Below are positions 17,689 through 28,046 of a stretch of DNA of 64,000 bases, piece after piece; positions within the stretch are counted from its first letter, which is position 1, and each line of letters begins with the position of its first letter. This DNA is from Candidatus Saccharimonadia bacterium (GTDB lineage: Bacteria > Patescibacteriota > Saccharimonadia > UBA4664). The position numbers and the translations under genes are program-made. A model generated the notes under the pieces. The model was not told the DNA's origin. It saw only the letters and a list, made by a program, of their open reading frames with translations, and searched no databases. Where the stretch lies: contig DATKIP010000093.1 in the NCBI GenBank assembly GCA_035544015.1, positions 65,156 to 129,155 on the forward strand, in the 5' to 3' direction.

Positions 17689-20600
17689 GTGCCGGAAACA
17701 CAAACAGCGAAACCACAATTTGTCCACCTGCACAATCACAGCCACTACTCCCTGCTCGACGGCCTCCAAAAGGTCCCCGGCATGCTCGATCGCGTGCAGG
17801 AGCTCGGCATGACCTCGGTGGCGCTCACCGATCACGGCACCATGTCGGGCGCCATCGAATTTTACAAAGAAGCCAAAAAGCGCGACATCAAGCCAATAAT
17901 CGGCGTTGAAACCTACGTGGCGCCGCGCGGCCACCTCGACAAAGCCGGCCGCCAAGACGCCAATCCCTACCACCTCATCCTGCTGGCGTACAACAACGTC
18001 GGCTACCACAACCTCATGAAGCTCGTCACCATCGCGCAGCTCGAGGGGTACTATTACAAGCCGCGCATCGACCGCGACCTCATTACCCAGTACCACGAAG
18101 GCCTCATCGCGCTTTCCGCCTGTGCCGGTGGCGAGGTGGCTCAAAACATCCTCAACGGCAACCTGGCCGAGGCGCAGAAAGTAGTCGAGTGGTACGACGC
18201 CACCTTTGGCCGCGGCAATTATTACCTCGAACTCCAAGCGCACGAGCACCAATGGGAGACCCAAAAACAAATTAACGATGCCAAAATCGAGCTCTCGCGC
18301 AGCACTGGCGTGCCGCTCGTAGTCACAGCCGACGCCCACTACAGCGCCCACACCGATCGCGAGGCGCACGAAATCTTGCTGTGCGTCCAGACCGGCAAAA
18401 CCATCAGCGACGCCGGCCGCATGACCATGGACATGGACCTCTACGTCACCAGCCCCGACGAAGTCATCGAGCGTTTCCAGCGCGTCCCCGAGGCCTACGA
18501 AAACACGGTCAAAATCGCCGAACGCTGCGATGTGGAGCTTGAATTGGGCCGCATTCTCATCCCCACCTTCGAAGTCCCCGAGGGGTTCAAGGATGAGCGC
18601 GAATACCTGCACAGCCTGTGTTGGCGGGGGCTCGCCTGGCGCTACGGCGGCATTCCCAAAGAAGACATCGCCCACATTACCGAAGTCAAAGCCAAAACTC
18701 TCGTCACCCCCGAAATCGCCGAGCGCCTCGAGTTTGAGCTGTCGGTCATCGGCCGCATGGGCTACGACGGCTACTTTCTCATCGTGTCCGATTTCATCAA
18801 CTGGGGCAAAAACCAGGGCATCATCTTTGGCCCCGGGCGGGGGAGTGCGGCCGGTTCCATCGTGTCCTTCGCCATGAACATTACCGACCTCGATCCGCTC
18901 AAATACGACCTGCTGTTTGAGCGCTTCCTCAACCCCGACCGCATCTCCATGCCCGACATCGACATCGACATCCAAGACACCCGCCGCGGCGAAGTCATCG
19001 ACTACGTCACGGAAAAATACGGCCAAGAACGCGTGGCGCAGATCATCACCTTCGGCACCATGGCCGCCCGCAACGCCGTGCGCGACACCGGCCGCGCGCT
19101 CGGCTACTCCTACGCCGAGGTCGACGCCATTGCCAAGCTTGTACCGCAGCCGGTGCAGGGCCGCCACATCCCCCTGGCCGTAGCCGCCGGCCTCAAAACC
19201 GGCAAAGGCAGCGAGCAGCGCCCCGACCCCGAGCTTGTGAAGGAATACACCACCAACCAGCGCGCCCGCGAGCTCATCGACCTCGCCATCCGCCTCGAAG
19301 GCACCATCCGCTCAAACGGCGTGCACGCGGCCGGCGTGGTGATCGCGCCCGAGCCGATCGTGGGCTACACGCCGGTGCAGCGCGCCCAAAAAGGCGGTAC
19401 CGCCACGCAGTACTCCATGGGCCCCATCGAGGAGCTCGGCCTGCTCAAAATGGACTTCCTCGGCCTCTCCAACCTTACCGTCATCAACAATGCCCTGCGC
19501 ATCATCAAACGCGTCTACGGCGCCGCCATCGACATTGCCGACATCCCGCTCGACGATCCCAAAACCTTCGAGCTCCTCTCGCGCGGCGACACCACCGGTG
19601 TCTTCCAGGTAGAATCCGCGGGCATGAAGCGCTACCTGCGCGACCTCAAGCCCACGGTCTTCGACGACATCATTGCCATGGTAGCGCTCTACCGCCCCGG
19701 CCCCATGCAGTGGATCGACGAATTCATCGGCCGCAAGCACGGCAGCATCCCCATCACCTACGTGCACCCCTCCATGGAAAACGCGCTCAAAAACACCTAC
19801 GGCGTGCTCGTGTACCAAGAGCAGGTCATGCAGATCTCCAAAGAGGTCAGCGGCTTCACCGGCGGCGAGGCCGACACCTTGCGCAAAGCCATTGGCAAAA
19901 AGAACGCCGCCATGATGGCCAAAATGAAAACCAAATTCGTCGAAGGCGCGGTCAAAAACGTTGGCGCCGATCAAAAAATCATGGAAGACTTCTGGGCCAA
20001 TCTCGAAGATTTCGCCGCCTATTGTTTCAACAAATCCCACGCTGCCTGCTACGGCCTCATCGCCTACCAAACCGCCTACCTCAAGGCGCATTACCCCGCC
20101 GCCTTCATGGCCGCGCTCATGACCAGTGATTTTGGCAACATCGACCGCATCGCCATCGAGGTGGCCGAGTGCACGCGCATGGGCATCCAGGTGCTGCCCC
20201 CCGACGTCAACGAGTCGTTCCACGAATTTGCCGTGGTCAAAGAGTCGGGCAACATCCGATTTGGCCTTTCGGCGGTCAAAAACATCGGTTCCGGCCCCAT
20301 CGAGACCATCCTGGCGGCGCGCGACGAGGGCGGCCCCTTTGCCTCTGTCGAAGACTTTGCCAAGCGCGTCAACGCCCGCGAGTGCAACAAAAAAGTCTGG
20401 GAATCACTCACCAAATGCGGTGCCTTCGACGCGCTCATCGACGGTGACCGAGCTCAGCTTCTCTTTAACATCGAAACCATCACCGCCTTTGGCGCCAAAG
20501 CCCAAAAAAACGCTCTCTCGGGCCAAATCGACATCTTCGGCTCGCTCGGCGTCGAAGAAAACCTGCCGGCTCTTCGGCTCGAATCCGCGCCGCACCCTGC

Positions 20601-21321
20601 CTCGACCCGCGAGCAGCTCGCCTGGGAAAAGGAGCTCCTCGGCCTCTACATCTCGCATCATCCCCTCGACGAATACGCCGGCTACCTCGCCGACACCTGC
20701 GTGCCCATCAGTGACATCACGCCTTCGTCGGACGGCAAACTCCTGCGTATCGGCGGTATTATCACCACGGTGCGCAAAATTCTCACGAAAAAAGGCGACA
20801 CCATGGCCTTCGTGGGCATCGAAGACAAAACCGGCCTCACCGAGCTCATCGTCTTTCCCAAGGCCTTCGAAAAATCCCCCGAAGTCTTCGAGGCCGACAA
20901 CATCATCATGGCCACGGGCAAAATTTCCGCCCGCGACAAAGAAGGCCGCCTCACCGACGAGCCGAAGATGATGGTAGACGCCGCCAAAATCGTCAATTAC
21001 GACACCGCTTCCAGTCATGTCTCTACCCACGCGCCGCAGCCGGCGGCCCCAGTCGCCGCCCCGCCCGCCCGCCCAGCCGCCGCGGCATCCCCTGGCGGCG
21101 GCTACGTGGTGCTTCATCTCGCCGACCTGTCCGATCAGCAATTGCTTCACGACATCAAGCAAATCATCGGCGCTCATGCCGGCGGCGCCGAAATTTATAT
21201 CGTGGTCGGGGCCGACGCTCCCAAGAAAATCCGGCTACCGTTTAAGGTCGCCGTTTCCGAAGCACTCTTAGAGCAATTAGGCGCCCTCGTTGGCACGGAC
21301 CAAGTAACCCACGCCGCGTGA
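17689..21321 (+). CDS. dnaE: DNA polymerase III alpha subunit
   Basis: PHP HLHNHSHYSLLDG; GPGRGSAAGS; FERFLNPDR.SMPDIDID; FNKSHA; OB domain. Confidence 0.98.
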   Translation: MPETQTAKPQFVHLHNHSHYSLLDGLQKVPGMLDRVQELGMTSVALTDHGTMSGAIEFYKEAKKRDIKPIIGVETYVAPRGHLDKAGRQDANPYHLILLAYNNVGYHNLMKLVTIAQLEGYYYKPRIDRDLITQYHEGLIALSACAGGEVAQNILNGNLAEAQKVVEWYDATFGRGNYYLELQAHEHQWETQKQINDAKIELSRSTGVPLVVTADAHYSAHTDREAHEILLCVQTGKTISDAGRMTMDMDLYVTSPDEVIERFQRVPEAYENTVKIAERCDVELELGRILIPTFEVPEGFKDEREYLHSLCWRGLAWRYGGIPKEDIAHITEVKAKTLVTPEIAERLEFELSVIGRMGYDGYFLIVSDFINWGKNQGIIFGPGRGSAAGSIVSFAMNITDLDPLKYDLLFERFLNPDRISMPDIDIDIQDTRRGEVIDYVTEKYGQERVAQIITFGTMAARNAVRDTGRALGYSYAEVDAIAKLVPQPVQGRHIPLAVAAGLKTGKGSEQRPDPELVKEYTTNQRARELIDLAIRLEGTIRSNGVHAAGVVIAPEPIVGYTPVQRAQKGGTATQYSMGPIEELGLLKMDFLGLSNLTVINNALRIIKRVYGAAIDIADIPLDDPKTFELLSRGDTTGVFQVESAGMKRYLRDLKPTVFDDIIAMVALYRPGPMQWIDEFIGRKHGSIPITYVHPSMENALKNTYGVLVYQEQVMQISKEVSGFTGGEADTLRKAIGKKNAAMMAKMKTKFVEGAVKNVGADQKIMEDFWANLEDFAAYCFNKSHAACYGLIAYQTAYLKAHYPAAFMAALMTSDFGNIDRIAIEVAECTRMGIQVLPPDVNESFHEFAVVKESGNIRFGLSAVKNIGSGPIETILAARDEGGPFASVEDFAKRVNARECNKKVWESLTKCGAFDALIDGDRAQLLFNIETITAFGAKAQKNALSGQIDIFGSLGVEENLPALRLESAPHPASTREQLAWEKELLGLYISHHPLDEYAGYLADTCVPISDITPSSDGKLLRIGGIITTVRKILTKKGDTMAFVGIEDKTGLTELIVFPKAFEKSPEVFEADNIIMATGKISARDKEGRLTDEPKMMVDAAKIVNYDTASSHVSTHAPQPAAPVAAPPARPAAAASPGGGYVVLHLADLSDQQLLHDIKQIIGAHAGGAEIYIVVGADAPKKIRLPFKVAVSEALLEQLGALVGTDQVTHAA

Positions 21322-21404
21322 GCTTGCCAAAAACGCCCAGCCCATTAATACTGATTGAGACCAAATTCTCCATGACCACCTAGCCACCCGAAAGGCGGTA
21401 CCGT

Positions 21405-22148
21405 ATGGGAAGTCTACAGATTTGGTTGATCGTTATAGGAAGCCTCGCTGCAGCTCTGGTGCTGTGGTACGTCGTGTGGCCGCTCTGTGCCTTGGTGCAA
21501 GCCTGGCTGAGGGTGAAGGCCGCCACGATCACCGCATCGCGCGATGGACGCGTTGAGGCGGCCCGAGCCAAGGGCCAGCAGCTGGCCGCGGAGGCCAAAC
21601 TGCAAACAGCTCGCCTCCAGACGGCCGCCAAGGCCGCCACCGCCACGGCCGCATTCAAGGCCCAAACCATTGCGGAGCAGAGGGTGATTGAGGCCGACGC
21701 CGCGACCCGCGTTCAGGCCGCGAAAGACACGCCTCCCGCACCTGCCAAACCGCCACCACGCCTGGCCCGTTCGGACCTGTTCTGGAATATCAGGTTCTGG
21801 GCGAACTTCGCGGCCGCGATCGTGATCGTGGTCGGTGCCATCGGGTACGGCATCTTCAAGTACGACCAGGCCTCTACCCGGCCGCACCAAGCCACCATCC
21901 TGGTGTGCAAGGTGTCGGACAACCCGCTCGACACCGACCCGCCCAAGCTCGAGACCGCCAGCGGTTCATACTACATCAACAAGGGCACGTTCGGCGCCAC
22001 CTACTACCCCGACCCGAGCAAGGGAAAGAAGTTCTTCGGGCCCAACAGGCAATACGCCATCACCTTCCACGGCATCTGGCCTGGAGATCGGTATGTCATT
22101 GGTGCCACCGAGTTGCCCAACACGGAGCAGCAGTGCGCCGGCTCGTAG
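21405..22148 (+). CDS. orphan two-TM protein with Ala-rich coil and external Cys-paired domain
   Basis: CGAAAGG RBS; own TTGCCA promoter; hairpin at 22154-22186. Confidence 0.75.
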   Translation: MGSLQIWLIVIGSLAAALVLWYVVWPLCALVQAWLRVKAATITASRDGRVEAARAKGQQLAAEAKLQTARLQTAAKAATATAAFKAQTIAEQRVIEADAATRVQAAKDTPPAPAKPPPRLARSDLFWNIRFWANFAAAIVIVVGAIGYGIFKYDQASTRPHQATILVCKVSDNPLDTDPPKLETASGSYYINKGTFGATYYPDPSKGKKFFGPNRQYAITFHGIWPGDRYVIGATELPNTEQQCAGS

Positions 22149-22153
22149 ACCTG

Positions 22154-22186
22154 CTGCGGCCCGGGGACCAGCTCCCCGGGCCGCAG
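22154..22186 (+). terminator. GC hairpin
   Basis: 14-bp perfect stem CTGCGGCCCGGGGA/TCCCCGGGCCGCAG, no U-tract. Confidence 0.65.
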
Positions 22187-22234
22187 GCCCAGCCCCTTGA
22201 TCGCTCCGCTCAGATATGCTAAAGTACCCGGGTT

Positions 22235-22858
22235 ATGGAAGCCATTCGTCAACTCGAACTCAATTACCGCAAGCCCGCCCTGCCCCAGGTGCAGACGGGT
22301 GATACCGTGCGTGTGCATCAGCTCATCAAGGAAGGCGCCAAGCAGCGTATCCAGGTGTTCGAAGGCATTATCATTCGCACGCACCGCATGAACGAGCTGA
22401 CCGCCTGCGTTACTGTTCGGCGCATTGCTTCCGGTATTGGCGTCGAGAAGACCTTCTTGCTGCACTCACCCAACGTTTCCAAAATTGAAATTTTGCGCCG
22501 AGCCAAAGTCCGCCGCAACTTCCTCTCCTTCCTGCGCGAGCGCCGAGGCAAGTCGGCCCGTCTCAGGGAAATTAGCTTCGACAAGATCGCCGCCAACGAC
22601 GTCTCCACGCCCGAGACGCCCGCCGGCGACACCGATGAGACCGAGGTCATCGATGCCGAGCAAGCTGAAGACGCCCTCACCGATGCTGTGCCGCTGGCTG
22701 ATGTTGAAAAATCCGAAGCCAAAGCCGCCGCCAGCGAAGACGAACCCAACACCGCTGCCGATACCGGCACTCCCGACGAACAGCAAGCCCCCGCCGACGA
22801 GGCCGAAGCCGGTGTTGCCCAAGCCGAGCCTGGCGAAGGCAAAGCCGTCCAATCGTAG
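22235..22858 (+). CDS. rplS: 50S ribosomal protein L19 with acidic C-terminal extension
   Basis: GDTVRVH..IKEG.KQRIQVFEG, GVEKTF..HSP, KVRR..L..LR...GKSAR. Confidence 0.96.
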   Translation: MEAIRQLELNYRKPALPQVQTGDTVRVHQLIKEGAKQRIQVFEGIIIRTHRMNELTACVTVRRIASGIGVEKTFLLHSPNVSKIEILRRAKVRRNFLSFLRERRGKSARLREISFDKIAANDVSTPETPAGDTDETEVIDAEQAEDALTDAVPLADVEKSEAKAAASEDEPNTAADTGTPDEQQAPADEAEAGVAQAEPGEGKAVQS

Positions 22859-22881
22859 CCAAAATCCTTTAGTGTTCATCT

Positions 22882-22913
22882 AAAACAGCGCCGTTATACC
22901 GGTGCTGTTTTTT
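22882..22913 (+). terminator. intrinsic terminator after rplS
   Basis: AAAACAGCGCCG/CGGTGCTGTTTT with T-tract. Confidence 0.8.
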
Positions 22914-22951
22914 GGTATAGAAGTCGGCCGTTTTGCGGTATGCTGGTTGGC

Positions 22952-23620
22952 ATGACGGTCATATCTGGAATTCCCGCTACCACCCGCACCCCCCGGCATG
23001 CCGCCGCCCCCGGCTGGCGCGCGGTACTCCCGCTGGTGCGCGCAGGCCGCACCATCATCGGCATCGACGAGGTCGGCCGCGGCGCCTGGGCCGGCCCGGT
23101 AGTGGCCGCGGCCGTAATCTTGCCGCCCCGCCTGCGCCTTCCCGGCCTCGGCGACTCCAAAGCCCTCGCAGCCCCGGCCCGCCGCCGCCTCAGTCGCGAC
23201 ATCCGTCGCCGCGCCCTCGCCGTGGGCATCGGCTGGGTGGCCGCCGCTGAGGTTGACGCCCACGGCCTCAGCTGGGCAGTGCGCGAGAGCGGCTTGCGCG
23301 CTCTGGCCGGCATGAGCCTTGAGGCTGCCGTTATCATCCTCGACGGCAGACACAATTACCTGCGGGGCACCCACGAGTCGCAGGTGTTTGTGAAAGCCGA
23401 CGCCACCATCTCACCGGTTGCCGCCGCCTCGATCATCGCCAAGGTGGCGCGCGATGCCTACATGCAGCGGCTGCACCGGGCCGACCCCCGCTATGGTTTC
23501 GACCAGCATGTTGGCTACGGCACCGCCCTGCACGCTGCCGGCCTGGCCGCCCACGGTCCCGGCCCGCAACACCGATATAGCTTTCGTCCCATCCGGGAGG
23601 CCGCACGTGTCATCGGTTGA
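22952..23620 (+). CDS. rnhB: ribonuclease HII
   Basis: GIDEVGRG.WAGP, DSK, DG, KAD, AAASIIAKV.RD. Confidence 0.95.
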   Translation: MTVISGIPATTRTPRHAAAPGWRAVLPLVRAGRTIIGIDEVGRGAWAGPVVAAAVILPPRLRLPGLGDSKALAAPARRRLSRDIRRRALAVGIGWVAAAEVDAHGLSWAVRESGLRALAGMSLEAAVIILDGRHNYLRGTHESQVFVKADATISPVAAASIIAKVARDAYMQRLHRADPRYGFDQHVGYGTALHAAGLAAHGPGPQHRYSFRPIREAARVIG

Positions 23621-23963
23621 GACCGGCCGCGCGGGCGAACAGCTCGCCGCTCAGCACCTCGCCGCCAGTGGCTTTGCCATTCTCGCGCGCAATTGGCGCA
23701 ACCGGTGGTGCGAGCTCGATATCGTCGCCCGCCGCCACGGCATAATTCACTTCATCGAGGTTAAATACCGCTCCGACATCCGCTACGGCTACGCGGCCGA
23801 ATACATTTCGCGGGACAAATCCGCGCGCCTCATGCGCGCCGCCCTGGCCTGGAACCAGGCACATGGTTACGACGGCCCCTACCAAATCGACGTCGTCACC
23901 GTTGAGGGCAGCCTCGAACAGCCCCAGATCGCGCACCTCGAAAACGCCGTCGGTGGATGGTAG
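23607..23963 (+). CDS. yraN: YraN-family endonuclease-like protein
   Basis: G..GE..A, RNWR, ELDIVA, FIEVKYR; GGGAGG RBS + GTG. Confidence 0.9.
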   Translation: MSSVETGRAGEQLAAQHLAASGFAILARNWRNRWCELDIVARRHGIIHFIEVKYRSDIRYGYAAEYISRDKSARLMRAALAWNQAHGYDGPYQIDVVTVEGSLEQPQIAHLENAVGGW

Positions 23964-23976
23964 CCGGCTGGCCGCA

Positions 23977-26541
23977 TTAGCGGGCCTGCGCCTGCTCCCA
24001 ATCGGCCAAAAACGCCGCCACGGCCGCCGCGTCGCGATCTGCCCAATCGGCCCGCAACTCCACGCTTTCCACCGCCTGATCCGTCGGCCGGCCCAGCGCC
24101 GGGTGCGGGTGGCTGTCGAAAAAGTCCCGGATCTCGGCTGCTTTCGCGTGTGTCGCAAAACCCGCGCCCACAAACAAAGGAAAATGCTCCAGCATATGGC
24201 CGCCCGCTCCGTAGCGCTCCAGCCATAGATTCCAGTGATCTTGGACCCATTGCCAGGTAGCGTCGCGCCCGTCGCGGTTGCGCATGCCCCAGGCTAGCGC
24301 AATGTAGAGGTCCTGCGGCCGTACCGCCTCGGTCAGTGCGTACGCCAAATAGCGCGCAATCAGGGCCGGCTGACGAAAACGGCCCATTGCCCCCAGTAGC
24401 CCCAGTTTGATCTGCGGCACCGGTTCGCGCTCATAGCGGCTTTGCATAGCCTCAAACTCGTGTTCACCACCATGTCTCGCCGCCGCAAACAGCAGCGCCG
24501 CCACCACGTCCGGATCTGTTTCGGCTCCGTCCATCCAGGCTGCCCAGCGTGTCTTGGCCTCCTTCACCACTGTCTCATCATCAAACCGAATCGCCTGCTG
24601 CAATACCAGTGGCCGCATCAACGTATCAAACGATGACTCATCGTCGGCGGCCTCCCAGCCCAGGCGCTTCACGTTTGGTCCCACGAGCCAATGCCCAAAA
24701 TGGTCGAGTCGCTCGCGCAAGGCCGCATCCTCGACGGCATGCGACAAATCACCCAACGCACCACTCACTCCGGTCCACACCACATAATTCGGCTCATCGC
24801 GCAGCGCCGCCACCAGTTTCAGCAACGCCGTGCTGGTCGTGACACCGGCTTCAGTAGCCGCCGTCACGTCGCCGATGATGCCAAACCGGTCCACCACCGC
24901 CAGCTCGCGGGTGTGCAACGGCGCGGTCAAAGCCTCGATCATCCCCTCGGTGTAGTGCGTCCGGAAAAATCCCGTTTGCCCCGGATTGGGCTTAAACCAA
25001 TCCGAACCCAATATCTCGGCCGACAACATGTCGCTGTGCTTTCGCAGCAGCTCCGTGGGGGTCTCCCGCCCGCCGGGCAGCAGCACATTAAACGGTATCG
25101 GCCACAGCGACGCATCCTGGCCTTTGGCCGCCTGTCGCGGCGAGCTGTAAAACCGCCGCTGCTGTACCTCGCCGTCGTCAAACGTCACCACCGGATACCC
25201 TGGCTTGCTCGTCCAGGCCGACATCAGCGCGTCCACCGGCTTGCCCGATGCCGCTTCCAGCGCCCGCCACAGATCGTGCGTCACCGCGTTGGCGTAGCTG
25301 TGCTTCGTGAGGTACGCATGCAGCCCCTTGCGAAAGTCCTGATCTCCCAAATAGTGGTGCAGCATGCGGATCACACTGCCTCCCTTGCTATATGACACCG
25401 CATCAAAAATTTCGTCGAGCCCGCGCGGGTCCTCTACCTCCACCTCAATGGGGTGAGTGCTCACGAGGCTATCGAGCTCCATGGCGCGACCTGTTTCATC
25501 GGCCGTAAAGTGCGCCCAGATCTCCCACTCCGGGAACCGCGCGTTGCGCGCCAAATCGGCACACCAGGTCGCAAAGCCTTCGTTGAGCCACAAATCGTTC
25601 CACCACCGCATCGTGACGAGGTTGCCAAACCACTGGTGCGCTAGCTCGTGCGTCACGATCTCGGCCACGCGCTGCTTGGCCATGAGCGAGGTGCGCTCAG
25701 GATCGAGCAGCAGCGCCGTTTCGCGGTACGTCACCAGTCCCCAGTTTTCCATCGCGCCGGCCGCAAAATCCGGCAGCGCTACCATATCGAGGTTGGGCAG
25801 GGGATAGGGAATGCCAAAATAATCTCCGAAAAATGATAGCGTCCACGTCGCCATATCCAGCGCAAACGCCAGCTGGTCTTTGTGTCCCGGCGTTGCCAGT
25901 GCGCGCACCCGCACGCCCTCGGCCGTCTCGCCCTCCAGGTACTCAAACTCGCCTACCACATACGCCAGCAAGTAGGTGCTCATCTTGGGCGTGGGCGCAA
26001 AGGTTACGCGCTTGCGCCCCTCGCCGGCCGGCGTCTCCTCGGTCGCCACGGTATTCGACAGCGCCATCATGCCCTCCGGCACGGTCAAATTCAGCTCAAA
26101 CACCGCCTTGGCGCTGGGTTCGTCGATCGCCACCAGCGCCTCGCGCGCATGCACCGCTTCAAATTGCGTGGTCGCAATGAGCTGCTCCTGGCCGTCGCGC
26201 TGGTAAGTGCTGCGGTAAAAACCATGCAGCGAGTCGCCGATGACACCGCGCACCCGCATCGACAAGTGATGCATGCCGGCGCCCACGATCTCCGCAAACG
26301 CAAACGTCACGGTCTCGGTCTTCTCGTCGAGCTTCACCGACTCCGGGCTGAGCTTGCCGTCGAGCTTCACCTCGCTCACTTCCAGCCCAACCGCATGGAA
26401 TACCAGCTCGTTTGATGGCTCCACCACGGCAAAATCAATCGATTCATGAATCGCAAACCGTGAACCCGCCATGTCAACGTCAATGTCCAGCGCGTACCGC
26501 TCGGGCACAATAGTATCCAAAAGACGAGCCACCTTTGCCAT
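23977..26541 (-). CDS. pepN: M1-family aminopeptidase
   Basis: GAMENWG; HELAHQWFGN...LNEGFA; YSKG. Confidence 0.95.
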   Translation of the reverse strand: MAKVARLLDTIVPERYALDIDVDMAGSRFAIHESIDFAVVEPSNELVFHAVGLEVSEVKLDGKLSPESVKLDEKTETVTFAFAEIVGAGMHHLSMRVRGVIGDSLHGFYRSTYQRDGQEQLIATTQFEAVHAREALVAIDEPSAKAVFELNLTVPEGMMALSNTVATEETPAGEGRKRVTFAPTPKMSTYLLAYVVGEFEYLEGETAEGVRVRALATPGHKDQLAFALDMATWTLSFFGDYFGIPYPLPNLDMVALPDFAAGAMENWGLVTYRETALLLDPERTSLMAKQRVAEIVTHELAHQWFGNLVTMRWWNDLWLNEGFATWCADLARNARFPEWEIWAHFTADETGRAMELDSLVSTHPIEVEVEDPRGLDEIFDAVSYSKGGSVIRMLHHYLGDQDFRKGLHAYLTKHSYANAVTHDLWRALEAASGKPVDALMSAWTSKPGYPVVTFDDGEVQQRRFYSSPRQAAKGQDASLWPIPFNVLLPGGRETPTELLRKHSDMLSAEILGSDWFKPNPGQTGFFRTHYTEGMIEALTAPLHTRELAVVDRFGIIGDVTAATEAGVTTSTALLKLVAALRDEPNYVVWTGVSGALGDLSHAVEDAALRERLDHFGHWLVGPNVKRLGWEAADDESSFDTLMRPLVLQQAIRFDDETVVKEAKTRWAAWMDGAETDPDVVAALLFAAARHGGEHEFEAMQSRYEREPVPQIKLGLLGAMGRFRQPALIARYLAYALTEAVRPQDLYIALAWGMRNRDGRDATWQWVQDHWNLWLERYGAGGHMLEHFPLFVGAGFATHAKAAEIRDFFDSHPHPALGRPTDQAVESVELRADWADRDAAAVAAFLADWEQAQAR

Positions 26542-26583
26542 GCACAACCTCATGAGTTACAGATCACCATTATATCGACAAAC

Positions 26584-26648
26584 TTGCCGCCAGCCCACCC
26601 CCACGCTATAATGTCTCTTGTAGCCGGCCAGCAGGCCGGTCATTTTTA
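26584..26648 (+). promoter_or_regulatory. nusA promoter with leader hairpin and T-tract (possible attenuator)
   Basis: TTGCCG...TATAAT, then GCCGGCC-AGCA-GGCCGGT-CATTTTT. Confidence 0.6.
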
Positions 26649-26696
26649 TCACACAGCGCCACAATTGAATAACAACAGAATAAGGAGTTCACCACT

Positions 26697-27938
26697 ATGC
26701 AAACCAATTTTTTAGCCGCTATCAACCTCATCGCTGAGGAAAAAAATCTTCCCCGCGACATTATCATCGAGACCGTTCAGGCCGCGCTGGCCGCGGCGTA
26801 CAAGAAAGATTACAGCGACAAAGATCAAGAAGCCCGCGCCGAGCTCGACGAAGAGACCGGTGAGGTGCACATCTATGAATCCAAGGCTGTGGTACCAGAC
26901 GGCGAGGTCGACAACGAATTTCTCCAAATCGGTCTCTCGGACGCCAAAAAGATCGACAAAAAGGCCGAAGTGCGCGAAGCCGACGTCGAAGCCGGCATCG
27001 AGCCCTACATGGTCGAAATGGAAGCCCACCCCGAAGACTTCGGCCGCGTGGCCGCCCAAACCGCCAAGCAGGTGATCATTCAGCGCCTGCGCGAAGCCGA
27101 GCGTGAAATCGTCTTCACCGAGTACAAAGACAAAGAGGGCCTGGTGCTCAACGGCAACGTGCAGCGCGTCGAAGGCAGCGTGGCCTACGTCGATCTGGGC
27201 AAAGCCACCGGCGTATTGTTTGCCTCAGAGCAAATTCCCGGCGAGCGCTACTACACCGGCCAGCGCCTCAAGGTGTTTGTGGTGCGCGTAGAGCAAACCG
27301 CCCGCGGACCGCAGATCGTGCTCAGCCGCGCCCACGCCCACATGGTGAAGCATTTGTTCGAGCTCGAAGTGCCCGAGATCGAGGCGGGCAGTGTCGAAAT
27401 CGTCGGCATCGCCCGCGAGGCCGGCATCCGCTCCAAGGTCGCGGTGCAATCGCACGCCTCTGGCGTCGACGCCGTCGGCACCTTTGTGGGTGGCCGCGGC
27501 TCGCGCGTGCAGGCCGTCATGAGCGACCTCGGCGAAGAAAAAATCGACATCATCCCCTACGCCGAAGACCCCGAAACCTACATCGCCAATGCGCTGTCAC
27601 CCACCAAGGTCGTCAGCGTCAGCCTCAATGACGTCGAAAAGAAGGCCGTGGTGCGCGTGCCCGAAGACCAGCTCTCGCTGGCCATCGGCAAGCAGGGCCA
27701 AAACGTCCGCCTGGCCGCCAAGCTCACGGGCTGGAACATCGACATCATTTCGGCCGACGAATCACGCATCGAAGCCGCTGCCGCAGCCGCCGCGGCCGAA
27801 CCCGCGCCCAAGGGTGGTGACCTCGAGAGCTCGCTCATCGACGCCATCAACCAACAGGCCGAAATCGACCCCGCCCGCAGCGAAGAGGTCTCAGGCGGCC
27901 AAACCGACGTGCTCTCGGGCCGCGAGTCCAACGACTAG
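26697..27938 (+). CDS. nusA: transcription factor NusA
   Basis: FGRVAAQTAKQVI.Q..REAER; AREAG.RSK; SLAIGK.GQNVRLA. Confidence 0.97.
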   Translation: MQTNFLAAINLIAEEKNLPRDIIIETVQAALAAAYKKDYSDKDQEARAELDEETGEVHIYESKAVVPDGEVDNEFLQIGLSDAKKIDKKAEVREADVEAGIEPYMVEMEAHPEDFGRVAAQTAKQVIIQRLREAEREIVFTEYKDKEGLVLNGNVQRVEGSVAYVDLGKATGVLFASEQIPGERYYTGQRLKVFVVRVEQTARGPQIVLSRAHAHMVKHLFELEVPEIEAGSVEIVGIAREAGIRSKVAVQSHASGVDAVGTFVGGRGSRVQAVMSDLGEEKIDIIPYAEDPETYIANALSPTKVVSVSLNDVEKKAVVRVPEDQLSLAIGKQGQNVRLAAKLTGWNIDIISADESRIEAAAAAAAAEPAPKGGDLESSLIDAINQQAEIDPARSEEVSGGQTDVLSGRESND

Positions 27939-28046
27939 CCACCGCGACCGCCGGCTCGCCGGTTGCACCCAGGCACATAATCCGCTACGGTAACAATCGC
28001 CGAAGTTGGCATCCCTCCGTTCATCTCCAGCCCCCGAAGGAGCGCC

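Noticed and set aside
17689-21321. Intein or intron in dnaE, rpoB or rpoC
   Set aside because: Ordinary lengths, continuous motifs and no splice signatures
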